Notes: generated from the letters alone by a model not told the origin. A DNA stretch of 64,000 nt from Waterburya sp. (GCA_965217895.1 CBDCJV010000002.1:1824001-1888000); one strand, 5' to 3'; shown: positions 37,867 through 49,440, numbered from the stretch's first letter. Numbers and translations: made by a program.

Positions 37867-39864
37867 ATGAAAGAGTTACTATATACAGAAATACCTACTG
37901 CCGATCTAGAAGCGGTTAAAACTTGGTTAAAAAATACATGGCAACCAGTCAAGGGCAAGAAAACTGCTACTCCTGACGGTGTTCGTCTTCATTTTGCGGG
38001 ATTGCCTGATAGTGAATTGTCTATTTTTGTATGGCAGCTACAGCGTACTACCTATTTAAAAGTTTTTCAATGGGGAAGCAAAGCAATTTCAGCAGCGAAT
38101 CAAATTAAGCAGCAGTTAATAAGTGAAATTCAGGCAGAATTCCCTCAAAAGTATCCTATTCCTCCAGCTATAGATTTATCACAGCAGTCTATCTTTGAGG
38201 CTTTAGCCGATCGCTATCCCCAGACAGTACATTATTTCCAGAAGATGCCTAATGGAGAATACGATCTCAATCGAGTTTACTGGTGGGAAAAACGCTGGCG
38301 AGATAGCGTCAATAATCCTCAACAGCCAAAAGAAGTAATTTTTAAAGGTAATTCTGATTCAGCACCAGAGAAAGAATACGATTTAATTTATATCGGTGGT
38401 GCTTTAGGGGTAATTCATGCTGCGGTAATGGCACAAAAAGGCTATCGAGTGCTGTTAGTGGAGAGATTGCCTTTTGGCAGAATGAATCGAGAGTGGAATA
38501 TTTCTCGTGATGAGTTTCAAAGTTTAATTAATTTGGGTTTATTTACCCCAGAAGATTTTGAGTCAGTAATTGCAGCCGAATATATTGACGGCTTTAGTAA
38601 GTTCTTTGATGCCTATAATCCTAATCACCTTAAAGCTTCAGTGTTGCATACTCCTGAAGTTTTAAACGTAGCAATTGATGCGGAGAAGCTTTTGCATTTC
38701 TGTGGTGATAAACTGCGTCAGGCTGGGGGAGATATCTGGGATGAGACAGAATTTGTGCGTGCTGATGTTTCTGAAACTGAAGTTACAGTGCAGTTAACTC
38801 ATTTGCCAACCAAAGCAAGTAAGCAGACAACCGCTAGATTACTAATAGACGCAATGGGAACAGCCTCTCCGATTGCTTGGCAGCTAAATGGCGGTAGAAC
38901 TTTTGATAGCGTATGCCCTACAGTGGGGGCAGTAATCGAAAGTGGTTTTGCCCCTGAAGTTTGGGACAAAGACTATGGAGATGTCTTAAATTCCCATGGG
39001 GATATATCGAGAGGTAGACAGTTAATTTGGGAATTGTTTCCCGCAGGAAATGGAGAATTAACCTTTTATCTGTTTCACTACCATCAGGTGCATCCAGAAA
39101 ACCCTGGTTCTCTTTTAGAAATGTACGAAGACTTCTTTACCATTTTGCCAGAGTACCGCCGTTGCGATGTAGAACAACTTGTCTGGAAAAAGCCCACTTT
39201 TGGCTATATTCCTGGTCATTTTAGCGTAGGCGATCGCGATCGCACTGTGGCATTTGATCGTTTAGTAGCCATTGGCGATGCTGCTTCATTACAGTCTCCC
39301 TTAGTTTTTACGGGGTTTGGTTCATTGGTGCGTAATCTAGAACGGCTGACAACGCTTTTAAATACCGCTCTGCAACACGATCTACTTTCTGCCAAGCACC
39401 TAAACCAAATTAGAGCTTATCAAAGCAATATTGCTGTTACCTGGCTGTTTTCTAGAGGAATGATGGTGCCTACAGGCAAAACTTTACCTCCCCAAAGAAT
39501 CAACTCCATGTTAAATACCTTTTTTGGCTTACTAGCTGATGAACCGACCGAGGTTGCCGATACTTTTATAAAAGATCGCACTGACTGGTTGACCTTTACC
39601 AGATTAGCCCTGATTGCAGCACGCAAAAATCCTGCTTTACTAATCTGGATCTGGGAAATGGCAGGAAGTAAAGACATGATGCGCTGGCTAGGTTCTTATG
39701 CTGCTTTTAACTTAGATGCCCTCAGAAATTTATTGCTAGCTAGATGGTTTCCTGGCTGGATCGCCAAATCCCAGCCATGGTTAGAAAACAAATATCCTGG
39801 TTTATGGCTTAAGCTTTTGAGCCTAAATTATCAGCTACGTTACTCTGGCAATACTAAGCAGTAG
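37867..39864 (+). CDS. cruA: FAD-dependent lycopene cyclase, CruA type
   Basis: YDLIYIGGALG, GRMNREWNISR, LLIDAMGTASPI, GDAASLQSPLVFTGFGS; 665-aa length fits CruA better than the shorter CruP. Confidence 0.75.
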   Translation: MKELLYTEIPTADLEAVKTWLKNTWQPVKGKKTATPDGVRLHFAGLPDSELSIFVWQLQRTTYLKVFQWGSKAISAANQIKQQLISEIQAEFPQKYPIPPAIDLSQQSIFEALADRYPQTVHYFQKMPNGEYDLNRVYWWEKRWRDSVNNPQQPKEVIFKGNSDSAPEKEYDLIYIGGALGVIHAAVMAQKGYRVLLVERLPFGRMNREWNISRDEFQSLINLGLFTPEDFESVIAAEYIDGFSKFFDAYNPNHLKASVLHTPEVLNVAIDAEKLLHFCGDKLRQAGGDIWDETEFVRADVSETEVTVQLTHLPTKASKQTTARLLIDAMGTASPIAWQLNGGRTFDSVCPTVGAVIESGFAPEVWDKDYGDVLNSHGDISRGRQLIWELFPAGNGELTFYLFHYHQVHPENPGSLLEMYEDFFTILPEYRRCDVEQLVWKKPTFGYIPGHFSVGDRDRTVAFDRLVAIGDAASLQSPLVFTGFGSLVRNLERLTTLLNTALQHDLLSAKHLNQIRAYQSNIAVTWLFSRGMMVPTGKTLPPQRINSMLNTFFGLLADEPTEVADTFIKDRTDWLTFTRLALIAARKNPALLIWIWEMAGSKDMMRWLGSYAAFNLDALRNLLLARWFPGWIAKSQPWLENKYPGLWLKLLSLNYQLRYSGNTKQ

Positions 39865-39905
39865 ACGAATAAACCTAGCCTTTGGTAATGAGTTTATGAC
39901 TGCTT

Positions 39906-40844
39906 TTATTCAGCGTGCTGACGATACCAGTCAATAGTATTTTTTAAGCCTTGACGAAATTCTGTTTCTGCCACAAAGCCAAATTTTTCTTTTGCTCTTT
40001 GGGTATCTAAACAACGTCGAGGTTGACCATTAGGCTGATCTGTTTGCCAAACAATCTCTCCTGAAAAATCCATCAATTCGCAAATAGTTTCTACCAAATC
40101 TTTGATGGGTACTTCATGATTAGTACCCAAATTGACTGGCGCAGCTTCATTATATTTTTGGGTTGCCATGACAATACCCCGCGCTGCATCAGTAGAATAT
40201 AAAAATTCACGAGTCGGGCTACCATCTCCCCAGGCTAGTAATTCTCTGTCTCCTCTTTGTTGAGCCTCATGGACTTTGCGAATCAAAGCAGGAATTACGT
40301 GAGAACTATTTGGGTCAAAATTATCTTCAGGACCATAAAGATTAACGGGCAGTAGATAAATACCGTTAAAGTCATATTGCTGCCGATAGGCTTCTAGCTG
40401 AACTAGCAAAGCTTTTTTGGCAATACCATAGGGGGCATTAGTTTCTTCAGGATAACCGTTCCACAAATCATCTTCTTTAAAAGGGACGGGAGTAAATTTG
40501 GGGTAAGCACAGATAGTGCCGACGCAGACAAACTTACCTACACCCTCTTGATAAGCAGCATGAATTAACTGTGTACCCATCATTAGGTTGTCGTAAAACA
40601 GTTCGGCAGGCTTTTCTCGGTTTAGACCAATACCACCCACATGAGCAGCAAGATGAACGACTATATCTTGCTCTTTGACCGCCTGCTGGCAATTTGGCCA
40701 CTCACGCAAATCAAGCTGACGCGATCGCGGTGTGCTAATTTTACCAATAGTTGCTCCAGCCTTACACAATTGCTCTACAACCTGTTTGCCTAAAAAACCA
40801 GTTCCGCCAGTAACTAAAATCCTTTTGTCTTGTAAATCTAACAT
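39906..40844 (-). CDS. fcl: GDP-L-fucose synthase
   Basis: [40 protein letters not shown]. Confidence 0.95.
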   Translation of the reverse strand: MLDLQDKRILVTGGTGFLGKQVVEQLCKAGATIGKISTPRSRQLDLREWPNCQQAVKEQDIVVHLAAHVGGIGLNREKPAELFYDNLMMGTQLIHAAYQEGVGKFVCVGTICAYPKFTPVPFKEDDLWNGYPEETNAPYGIAKKALLVQLEAYRQQYDFNGIYLLPVNLYGPEDNFDPNSSHVIPALIRKVHEAQQRGDRELLAWGDGSPTREFLYSTDAARGIVMATQKYNEAAPVNLGTNHEVPIKDLVETICELMDFSGEIVWQTDQPNGQPRRCLDTQRAKEKFGFVAETEFRQGLKNTIDWYRQHAE

Positions 40845-40964
40845 TACTAATTACAATTAAATGTATACAGATATAGAAGCAGAAAAATAAAACCTTTACC
40901 CTTTACCCAGTCTTTACAGGCAGATTAGTGCGTAACATCAGTTAGTAAGCTATTTAGTTTTTAT

Positions 40965-42035
40965 CTAATCGATAATTGTGGCGAAATTTCTGCGTAAAGA
41001 AGTATTATCACAATCATGACTACCATCAGGAGTAGACAAACCCAAATTGATTAAGTCAGCATTTACCATCAACCGAACTAGCTCTTCAAAGGTAACAGTT
41101 GGCTGCCAGCCCAGTTTTTGTTTAGCTTTAGTAGGATCGCCAATTAGCAAATCTACCTCCGCAGGACGAAGATAGCGAGGGTCAAACTCTACGTAGTCGT
41201 GCCAGTCAAGATTTACGTGATTAAAAGCAATATCTAAAAATTCTTTAATTTGGTAAGTTTCGCCTGTGGCGATAACATAATCATCGGGCAGATCTTGTTG
41301 CAGCATTAGCCACATCGCCTTAACGTAATCCTTAGCATAGCCCCAGTCTCTTTTTGAGTCTAAATTACCCAAATATAGTTTCTGTTGTGTTCCCTGAACA
41401 ATTCGAGCGATCGCTCTAGTGATTTTGCGGGTCACAAAGGTTTCACCACGACGAGGAGATTCATGATTAAATAAGATACCGTTACAGGCAAATAAATCGT
41501 AGGATTCACGATAGTTTATAGTTTGCCAATGAGCATAGACTTTGGCACAAGAATAAGGGCTACGAGGATAAAAGGGTGTGGTTTCTTTTTGAGGAACATC
41601 TTGAACCTTACCAAACATTTCTGAAGAACCTGCTTGATAAAATCTAACTTCGATGCCTGTACGATGCTGATAATCTCTTATTGCTTCTAAAAGACGCAAA
41701 GTACCCATGGCTACCGAATCAACCGTATACTCTGGAGAATCGAAGCTGACTCTAACGTGAGACTGCGCACCTAAGTTATAAATTTCAGTAGGCTTAACTT
41801 GCTCTAAAATACGCCTTAAGGTAGTACCGTCAGTTAGATCGCCGTAATGAAGAAATAATTGGGCTTGAGGACTATGGGGATCTACGTAAATGTGATCGAT
41901 GCGATCGGTGTTAAAAGTAGAAGTTCTACGAATAATACCGTGAACTTCATAACCTTTCTCTAAAAGAAACTCACTTAAATAAGAACCATCTTGTCCGGTA
42001 ACACCTGTAATCAAAGCTACTTTGCGATCGCTCAT
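40965..42035 (-). CDS. gmd: GDP-mannose 4,6-dehydratase
   Basis: [43 protein letters not shown]. Confidence 0.97.
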   Translation of the reverse strand: MSDRKVALITGVTGQDGSYLSEFLLEKGYEVHGIIRRTSTFNTDRIDHIYVDPHSPQAQLFLHYGDLTDGTTLRRILEQVKPTEIYNLGAQSHVRVSFDSPEYTVDSVAMGTLRLLEAIRDYQHRTGIEVRFYQAGSSEMFGKVQDVPQKETTPFYPRSPYSCAKVYAHWQTINYRESYDLFACNGILFNHESPRRGETFVTRKITRAIARIVQGTQQKLYLGNLDSKRDWGYAKDYVKAMWLMLQQDLPDDYVIATGETYQIKEFLDIAFNHVNLDWHDYVEFDPRYLRPAEVDLLIGDPTKAKQKLGWQPTVTFEELVRLMVNADLINLGLSTPDGSHDCDNTSLRRNFATIID

Positions 42036-42304
42036 TTAACTACTTTTACTACTATTTTGTTTTACTGTTTGGCTATTTTGCACTACCACATTATATTGAT
42101 AGGCTAAATCTCAGAGTGATTTGGGCAAATACATTGCCATAATACATTGTTATTAGGTTACTGTTTTATATTAACAGCAGCTCATTTAGAAAATAAAGGT
42201 TAGAAAAATCTTTTATTAATCTTAGAAACCAGACATAGATTAGCCTGCAAAGATTAATAAAGGATTATATAACTAAGCTTAAACCTAAAAAACTATGCCC
42301 TTTT

Positions 42305-42520
42305 TTAGACATTTTCAGTTATTTCCCCCATATTGAGAGACTGCATTTTACCTTGTATATTTAACTGTTGATAATATTGGAGAATTTTCTCTAAAAAGTC
42401 AATGTTTTCATCTAGATTAACTCCAAAGTTATGAGAATGCCACCATAAATGATACATAAAACCTCGATTGACTGCATATTTCAATGCCGATGTAATGCGA
42501 CGCAAACGTAAGCCATCATT
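42305..42520 (-). pseudogene. C-terminal fragment of a polysaccharide deacetylase-like gene
   Basis: LRLRRITSAL...YHLWWHSHNFG...NIDFLEKIL with no N-terminal part. Confidence 0.65.
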
Positions 42521-42553
42521 ATCTATTATTTCCCAACAAGTCTAGTTTTTTAA

Positions 42554-43456
42554 TTAAATCTCTGCTTGCCAAATTTGCCAGTAATTACTCAGGCGAGCGG
42601 TAAAATCTTTTGGTTTTTCTGTATAAATCCTTCTGCCTAAGAATATCGCTGCTGACTGTAATTCTTGGCGACGACGATCAATTGAAGCAGTTAAAGTCTC
42701 TAGTGTGTCTTGACGATATCTTTCTGGCTGACCTAAAACCAATTCTTTTAACACAGCTAAATCGTGATCTTCACCCAAATAATCAGATATGTTATGAGTT
42801 TGATCGACCCACTCTGTCATCATTTCAGACCAAATTTGACTCAAAACTTCTAGCTGGTAGCGAAGATATTTAACTTGCTTACGCCATTGGTGAAGATTTT
42901 CTGCTGTTGGTTTGGATCTACTTTGGTCTAAACCTTTATAACCTTGCTTGTAAACACGCTGCAAGCTCTTATCGATCGCTGACCAATCATTCGCTTCAAT
43001 TTTCCAATCAGCGATCGCATCTTTTGTATCTTTCAATTGATTTTTGACCGAGATTAAAATAGCCTCATTTAAGACTTGCTGATATTCTCGACGATAATTA
43101 ACCTGTAACTCTTGGCGCACATCTGTAAAGGTTTCAGGCGCAATATCGTCAAAATGTGTAGTCAGCTTATTTAAAGCTTCAATCTGTACTTTGCCGTCTC
43201 TTAAACTAGCTAGATTGCGTCCCAAATCGCGAAAACGAGCATTTTCTCGCTTATAAGATTTCTTTCCTAAACTATCTCGTACCAAACGAACTATGGCTCT
43301 AGTTTTTTTCAAGCGTTTGCGAACTTGATGTACTGCTTTATCAACGCCAAGCTCATCCGTAGCAGATAACTCACTTATTGCTTTTTCTATTTGCTCGCTA
43401 GCAATTCTTTTAATTCCCTTGGATACGGATTCATTAGCTTTGAGTCTGTAGGTCAT
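42554..43456 (-). CDS. CHAD domain protein
   Basis: VHQVRKRLKK, LHQWRKQVKYLRY, LGEDHDL. Confidence 0.92.
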   Translation of the reverse strand: MTYRLKANESVSKGIKRIASEQIEKAISELSATDELGVDKAVHQVRKRLKKTRAIVRLVRDSLGKKSYKRENARFRDLGRNLASLRDGKVQIEALNKLTTHFDDIAPETFTDVRQELQVNYRREYQQVLNEAILISVKNQLKDTKDAIADWKIEANDWSAIDKSLQRVYKQGYKGLDQSRSKPTAENLHQWRKQVKYLRYQLEVLSQIWSEMMTEWVDQTHNISDYLGEDHDLAVLKELVLGQPERYRQDTLETLTASIDRRRQELQSAAIFLGRRIYTEKPKDFTARLSNYWQIWQAEI

Positions 43457-43583
43457 TGGCTAATACCTTTAACTTAACTTGAATGTCTTGCGGATATTTT
43501 GCCTCTATAAGTTACTACAGCAAAACTTTTAGCCGATGCAAAGATGTAAGTATCCGTTTAATTAAATACTAGAAAATAAAGCA

Positions 43584-45236
43584 CTAATCGTTCTTCCCAC
43601 TTTTGATAGATAATCTGTGACCAAAATAATTACATTTTTTGATAATAGTTAAGGGAACACCTTGTCTTTTAACGGAATAAACCACTGGACAATCTGAATA
43701 TTGACTTTGAAAATCCCATCGAGGTAGAGCTACATAATAAAACTGCTTAGAATCCCCCACAAATAAGTCAAGTTTGGGAGATGCGGCTATTTTGGATAAA
43801 AATGGGCTTTGAGATCCAACTTTAGCCCTTGGAGCAGAATTATTATTAAGCCACTCCATAGCTTCGCGGACGCTTAAGCCCCAATAATCAGTTTCATATT
43901 GATTTTCCGCTGCACCCAATCCTCCAAACAGCCGATTGAAATAAATATATTCATAGGGATGTAAGGTTATCATGTCCAAAACAATAGGACTTAATAAAGC
44001 GATCATTAACATTGAAGCGAATATCTGCCAACTTTTTCTGGATATCGTTTGATAAATCCAAGCTAATGCAGTAGTAGAGAAGACGGCAATTCCAGGCAGC
44101 ATAAACAAAAATTGTCGCATCCCATCATACATAGTTGATTGTTTGAGGATGGCAATACCTGGTAAAACAAATATCTGTAGCGAAACCAAGATCACACAAG
44201 CCCTTTGAATATTAGTCAATGCTTTATATTTATAGACAATTAGCAGTAAACAGATAAAAAACGTAATTTGGAAAATTAAAGGAATGGTAATCACTAACCA
44301 TCTGGGGAGATAATCCCACGGCAAAGAACTAGCTAAAATTTGTTGACCTTTAAACAAAACAGTGTTGGGCCACTTAAATTTAGATAAATATTGCAAAGTT
44401 TCCACAAACCAGCGCACGGGATTAGACCAAGATGCAGGATGAATAATAGTTGTGGTTATCATCCAAGCAACAAACATTAATCCATATAAGCTCCAGAAGC
44501 GCAATAAATTCCTAATACTTTCTATTCCCAGGCTGATTAAAAGATGAGCTAGAGGTACAAAAAACAGTAAAAAAAATCCGCCAATTCTAGTTCCTGTAGT
44601 TAACCCGACTAAAACACCGTAAAGTAAGGAGTAGATGGTAATACGGTTGATGCCTAATTTAATATTCTTTCTGGGTGCTTTAAGATAGTAATCTACTAAG
44701 CAAGCTCCTAACCAAGTCCCCAATGTAAACATAGCTGCCAAGGGAATATCTTTCGGATTAAAGAAGCTATGACCCCAAAACCTAGGGAAAAGAGCTAAAT
44801 TGAGCGACCCTAACCAAGCATATTCAAAGCCAGCTAAAATTCCCACTATTCCTGCTACAGAAATATAAGCTATTAGAGATAGCAAAAAAGTCAGCAGATG
44901 CTTGACTGGAATTCTGGCAGCGATCGCCCGATCGGTGGGTTCACCATTGAGCAAATTATCGTCTTTGAGAGGATTATAAGCAAATCCCTGCTTAAAGATT
45001 TTCTGGACTTGAAAAACGGTTTCCGCAGTGACATCGAATATAATGCCGTAGTATTTAAGATCGATGGGTATTGGTTCGCCTTTAGTGATTAAATCGTAGT
45101 TATATTTAACATTCCTGATATGCGTTTCCTCATCCACGGAAACTCCATAATTACCAATAGTCGTCAGACCGATTAAAGCTATAACTGCCAGTGTGCTACA
45201 AAATTTGAGATAGGCTTTTTTTGAGATGTATCTCAT
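43584..45236 (-). CDS. GT-C (PMT/ArnT-like) membrane glycosyltransferase
   Basis: DEE in first loop, PRFWGHSFFNPKDIP, YDGMRQFLF, ETDYWG. Confidence 0.8.
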   Translation of the reverse strand: MRYISKKAYLKFCSTLAVIALIGLTTIGNYGVSVDEETHIRNVKYNYDLITKGEPIPIDLKYYGIIFDVTAETVFQVQKIFKQGFAYNPLKDDNLLNGEPTDRAIAARIPVKHLLTFLLSLIAYISVAGIVGILAGFEYAWLGSLNLALFPRFWGHSFFNPKDIPLAAMFTLGTWLGACLVDYYLKAPRKNIKLGINRITIYSLLYGVLVGLTTGTRIGGFFLLFFVPLAHLLISLGIESIRNLLRFWSLYGLMFVAWMITTTIIHPASWSNPVRWFVETLQYLSKFKWPNTVLFKGQQILASSLPWDYLPRWLVITIPLIFQITFFICLLLIVYKYKALTNIQRACVILVSLQIFVLPGIAILKQSTMYDGMRQFLFMLPGIAVFSTTALAWIYQTISRKSWQIFASMLMIALLSPIVLDMITLHPYEYIYFNRLFGGLGAAENQYETDYWGLSVREAMEWLNNNSAPRAKVGSQSPFLSKIAASPKLDLFVGDSKQFYYVALPRWDFQSQYSDCPVVYSVKRQGVPLTIIKKCNYFGHRLSIKSGKND

Positions 45237-45313
45237 TAATTTAATTTTCGCTTTTTACCTAAGAAAATATAAATCTTTGAGCGGAGATTTTAGCTTTGAC
45301 GATTAGGCTTGCG

Positions 45314-45370
45314 CCTGCCTTAGTGCGCCTAGATGCGGACAAGCCCTTTGTTTCTGTTGAATCCTTTAGG
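45314..45370. repeat. short form of the composite repeat at 14558-14776
   Basis: CCTGCCTTAGTGCGCCTAGATGCGGACAAGCCCTTTGT followed by TGTTGAATCCTTTAGGGG. Confidence 0.7.
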
Positions 45371-45444
45371 GGATAACATCTCTAGCCGAGCGATCGCAAT
45401 TTAGCAATCATTTTTACGACCACCAGCTAACAATAAAATCTGGA

Positions 45445-45480
45445 CTAATGCTCTATCTAACTACAAAGATAAAGCATTAG
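45445..45480 (-). terminator. hairpin downstream of bcp
   Basis: CTAATGCTCTATCT...AGATAAAGCATTAG. Confidence 0.5.
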
Positions 45481-45512
45481 AAGCCCAAATTAAAATTAAT
45501 TTTCTATTTCAC

Positions 45513-45947
45513 TTAGCTAATACTGGATAATACATCGGCAGCATGAGTACCAGTATTTACCTTGTCATAAACGTGGGTAATTTTGCCGTCAGCATCAATG
45601 ATGTAGGTTACGCGCTTAGCATGACCACCACCGTCAACATCATAGGCCTTGGTCATTGTGCCATCGCTATCAACTAAAAGCGTAAAAGGTAAACCATATT
45701 TTTCTTTAAATTGCTGATGAGATGCCTGATCGTCCATACTGACACCAAGTACCACCATGTCTTTAGTTTGGTATTCGCTAATACTGTCGCGAAAACTTTG
45801 AGCTTGTTTCGTGCAGCCAGGAGTATCATCTTTCGGGTAAAAATAGAGAACAACTATTTTTCCCTGAAAATCTGCTAGAGAAACATTGTTACCCTGATCG
45901 TCGATAGTAGTAAAAGCTGGTGCTGTTGTGCCAACTGATAGAGTCAT
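45513..45947 (-). CDS. bcp: peroxiredoxin, BCP/PrxQ
   Basis: VLYFYPKDDTPGCTKQA. Confidence 0.92.
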   Translation of the reverse strand: MTLSVGTTAPAFTTIDDQGNNVSLADFQGKIVVLYFYPKDDTPGCTKQAQSFRDSISEYQTKDMVVLGVSMDDQASHQQFKEKYGLPFTLLVDSDGTMTKAYDVDGGGHAKRVTYIIDADGKITHVYDKVNTGTHAADVLSSIS

Positions 45948-46089
45948 AGTTGATAAATCCTTTTAAATCTAGCTTTCGCCTTTAAACTTTAACGTAATTA
46001 GATCGATTTATGCTTAAGGCGATCGCTTTAAACTTGAGAATGAATATCAAAAGGTAAACATTTAGACAGCCGAGCAAATCAGCTAAAAA

Positions 46090-46308
46090 TTAAGAATTTT
46101 CAGTTGACCAAGAAGTTAAGCTAAAGATCCCAATATAAACAGCAACCAGACCTAACTTTAAAATCCAGGGAGCGCATAATAGAGTTACCAGGGAAAATGC
46201 CACAGACGTAAAGCGAATTGCAGCCTTAAAAACATCGTCATTTATTCTAGAACTTACGTATAGTGCGATCGCTGCCACGGATAATGTCACTAATGAAAGC
46301 GCGAGCAT
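46090..46308 (-). CDS. small membrane protein
   Basis: hydrophobic segments; GAGGGG upstream of ATG. Confidence 0.6.
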   Translation of the reverse strand: MLALSLVTLSVAAIALYVSSRINDDVFKAAIRFTSVAFSLVTLLCAPWILKLGLVAVYIGIFSLTSWSTENS

Positions 46309-46502
46309 TTGATTTCCCCTCTTGCTATTAAAATACGATACATTTCTCTATTGGCAATAATTAGTATTTTTTCTCAGTTTTGCAGAATAAAATTAATTAT
46401 AAAAAAATGTTTATTCAACCTAGTATTAGGATATTATAGCTTTCCTGTTCTTTGTCAACCCATGATTATAGCTGAACATTAAAAATGAAAGTTTGGTGTA
46501 GA

Positions 46503-48473
46503 TTACTGATTTTGTTCCAACCAAAGCTGGCAGGCGTAACGCAATTCTTCTCTTTCTTGAGTGCTTATCCCTTGTGGATCGAAACAGTAGCGGTAGTGTA
46601 GCCTAATAATTGAGTCGAGATTGTCGATCGCTTTTGATGTATCAGGATTATTTTTCACTTTTATAATCCAGTCTTGCCAAGTTTCAGTGCGATCGCGTTT
46701 TATACCTAGTTTATTTAATCTTTGCTCAATTAGATAGATTTCTGAGTCTGCACCAATGCGTGCTTCAGCAGAGTCTTTTTGGTTGATTCTTTGGATGGTT
46801 AAATGTCTTTTTTGTCCTCTGTTAACAAATTTAAGCAGGACAAAGGCTATGGGTAAGGCAAGTATCCAGATATATTTTAAATTTCCTGCACTTTGGAAAA
46901 TGACCAATACCTGAGAGAATTTAAACCAAATTAATGAGCCTAGATCCTGCAAATATTGCCAATTAGATGCAGCATTATCTTCCATCGCTCTCCAAGTAGA
47001 GGGAGTTGTATCAAACGCTTGCCATTTACCGTTGATATATACCTGTGTCCAGGCATGAGCATGACGACTGCGTACAATATACTGTTGCTCTAAACTACTC
47101 AATTCATGAACCGAATAGCCTACAGCATAACGAGTAGGAATACCAACTCCCCGTAATAACAAGGCAGTAGCGGTGGCAAAATATTCACAATGTCCTGAGC
47201 GATGACTTAATAAGAAAGCTGATAAAGGAGTTTTATTGTTTCGCTGGCGCGCTAATTCTAAGGAATAATCAAACTCAGTATTAAAAAATTGATTAACGGT
47301 GTTTAAAATTTCTTGAGGTGATTTATTAACTAGATTCAATTCGGTGATAATCTGATTAATAGCAGGTTTTTCCGCATCTAATATTTGTAGATCTTCTGGT
47401 GTAGGAGAAATATCTCCAGATAAATCAGGAGCGTATTGAACTTGATAAGACAATAGGCTTTGGTTGCTAAATATTTGCACCGTACCATATTGGTTTTGTT
47501 CAATTTTTTCCACAGGTAATTGAGCAAGTTGAAAACTAATATCAGGAAGTTTTAGTAAACTTTGACCATCATTAATATTTTCACTGATAGTTAATTCTCT
47601 GGCTTCAGCAGATTGAGTTTGAAGCTGCCAGGTATTATCTTCTTTTCCTGGTTTGACAGGCTCAAATTCGGCTTTTGCAGCACTCCAAAACCCAGAGCTA
47701 TATCTGTTATAGGTAGCTCTACGCAATAGCTGGGGTGGAATTTGTCCTGGTGCGGGTTTAACTCGCAAGACAATTTCATTAGACTGCTTAACGGAGCCAA
47801 TATCGCCTATTGCCGTACTAACCTGATTAGGATCGGTTTTCGGTCGATAATAACCATATAAAAATCTAGCCGTACTTTGTGACATCGCCATTTGCAGACG
47901 ATGTAGTCCAATATGTCCAACTATACCCAAAGCTGTTGCCAGCAACAATAATATTAAAAATACCCAATAAGAATATCTTGGAGAGCGAATAGAATTTAGG
48001 GCAAAAGTAATTAAAACGACGATGCCCAGATAAAAAGACAATTCCCGAACATTGGCAGCACTTGCAGCCAGGATACAAATAGCAAAATAAGGATAGGTCA
48101 AGTCCAAAGAAAAAAACTGTTGCTGATTAGCTTGCTCCTTAAAAAATAAAAGTGCCTGAAGATCGACGCGATCGCTGGTAGAATATGCCTGAGCAATCAA
48201 TAAGGGTGAACAAATTACTGGTAGCCACTGAAAAAAGCTAAAAACTAACTTCAAAGAGCGATCGCTAATAAATAGGTAAATTAACACTCCTACCAAAAGC
48301 ACCGTACATAGATGAGAAAAGGTGCGGAAATTGGCGGTAGTAAAAACCCATCGCCAGTTGATATAGCTAGAGCCTTCATAAATAATTGCCAAAGGAATAG
48401 CTATAATCCAAAAACCTGTTTGCCAGCCCCAAAATAATATTGTTGCACCGAGTAGAAATGGTGGTAGTTTCAT
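46503..48473 (-). CDS. membrane-anchored transglutaminase-like protein, TgpA type
   Basis: N-terminal TMs; GHCEYFATA, HAHAW, FDTTP catalytic triad motifs. Confidence 0.9.
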   Translation of the reverse strand: MKLPPFLLGATILFWGWQTGFWIIAIPLAIIYEGSSYINWRWVFTTANFRTFSHLCTVLLVGVLIYLFISDRSLKLVFSFFQWLPVICSPLLIAQAYSTSDRVDLQALLFFKEQANQQQFFSLDLTYPYFAICILAASAANVRELSFYLGIVVLITFALNSIRSPRYSYWVFLILLLLATALGIVGHIGLHRLQMAMSQSTARFLYGYYRPKTDPNQVSTAIGDIGSVKQSNEIVLRVKPAPGQIPPQLLRRATYNRYSSGFWSAAKAEFEPVKPGKEDNTWQLQTQSAEARELTISENINDGQSLLKLPDISFQLAQLPVEKIEQNQYGTVQIFSNQSLLSYQVQYAPDLSGDISPTPEDLQILDAEKPAINQIITELNLVNKSPQEILNTVNQFFNTEFDYSLELARQRNNKTPLSAFLLSHRSGHCEYFATATALLLRGVGIPTRYAVGYSVHELSSLEQQYIVRSRHAHAWTQVYINGKWQAFDTTPSTWRAMEDNAASNWQYLQDLGSLIWFKFSQVLVIFQSAGNLKYIWILALPIAFVLLKFVNRGQKRHLTIQRINQKDSAEARIGADSEIYLIEQRLNKLGIKRDRTETWQDWIIKVKNNPDTSKAIDNLDSIIRLHYRYCFDPQGISTQEREELRYACQLWLEQNQ

Positions 48474-48561
48474 GAGAAAAAACAGAGATAATAAATAAAA
48501 TGTTAACCTCTGTTTTTTTGCTTTTTTCTGCGATACAACAACGAACTAATTTGTTACGAAA

Positions 48562-48589
48562 GTAGAGGCAAACGACCGTTTGCCCTTAC
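48562..48589. repeat. REP-like GTAG palindrome
   Basis: GTAGAGGCAAACGACCGTTTGCCCTTAC. Confidence 0.65.
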
Positions 48590-48698
48590 TGTTTTTAAAA
48601 TAAACTCTTTACAAAATAGGACAGAAACTGGTTAGCTGGAGGATGGTTTAAAAAGTATTTTTAGATTAAATTTTTATTGAAGCAAGAGGGCTGATATT

Positions 48699-49340
48699 TT
48701 GGGCGTAGAACTTCGTAGTTATGTATATTTAGACAGGTTACAAGCCCAGCACGCAGCTTATATTGGTACAGTGGCATTAGGTTTTTTACCCCTACCAGGA
48801 GATGCTTCTTTATGGATTGAAATTTCTCCAGGGATTGAAATCAATCGTATTACTGATGTTGCCCTCAAGTCGGCGGTAGTTCGTCCAGGAGTTCAGTTTG
48901 TGGAAAGACTTTATGGATTATTAGAAATTCATGCTAGTAATCAAGGGGAGGTTAAAGCCGCAGGCAGAGCAATCTTAGAAACATTAGGGGTAAAGCAAAA
49001 CCAAGGTTTAAAGCCTAGAGTTGTTTCTAGCCAAATTATTCGTAATATCGATCCTTATCAAGCACAATTGATTAATCGCGACTGTCGTGGACAGATGCTA
49101 CTTGAAGGACAAACTTTATATGTCTTAGAAGTTCAACCAGCAGCCTACGCAGCCCTAGCAGCTAACGAAGCTGAGAAAGCAGCTTTGATTAATATTCTTA
49201 AGGTAACTTCAGTAGGCAGCTTTGGCAGACTGTATTTGGGAGGAGAAGAACGAGATATTATTGCAGGATCGGCAGCAGCCTTAGAAGCAATAGAAAGTAT
49301 TAGAGGTAGAGAAGGCTTAACTGCTAAGAAAAACGAATAG
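48699..49340 (+). CDS. ccmP: carboxysome tandem-BMC shell protein CcmP
   Basis: [55 protein letters not shown]. Confidence 0.9.
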   Translation: MGVELRSYVYLDRLQAQHAAYIGTVALGFLPLPGDASLWIEISPGIEINRITDVALKSAVVRPGVQFVERLYGLLEIHASNQGEVKAAGRAILETLGVKQNQGLKPRVVSSQIIRNIDPYQAQLINRDCRGQMLLEGQTLYVLEVQPAAYAALAANEAEKAALINILKVTSVGSFGRLYLGGEERDIIAGSAAALEAIESIRGREGLTAKKNE

Positions 49341-49356
49341 CTATTACCGCTACGCT

Positions 49357-49440
49357 CAAGTAGCAAGTAGCAAGTAGCAAGTAGCAAGTAGCAAGTAGCA
49401 AGTAGCAAGTAGCAAGTAGCAAGTAGTAGGTAGTAGGTAA
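49357..49440. repeat. heptamer short tandem repeat (STRR)
   Basis: (CAAGTAG)x10 at 49357-49426 plus two TAGGTAR variants. Confidence 0.95.

Noticed and set aside
49357..49440. tandem repeat as a CRISPR array, or the LLATCY-repeat ORF 49145-49408
   Set aside because: 7-bp units with no spacers, an ordinary STRR; the ORF is an antisense artefact
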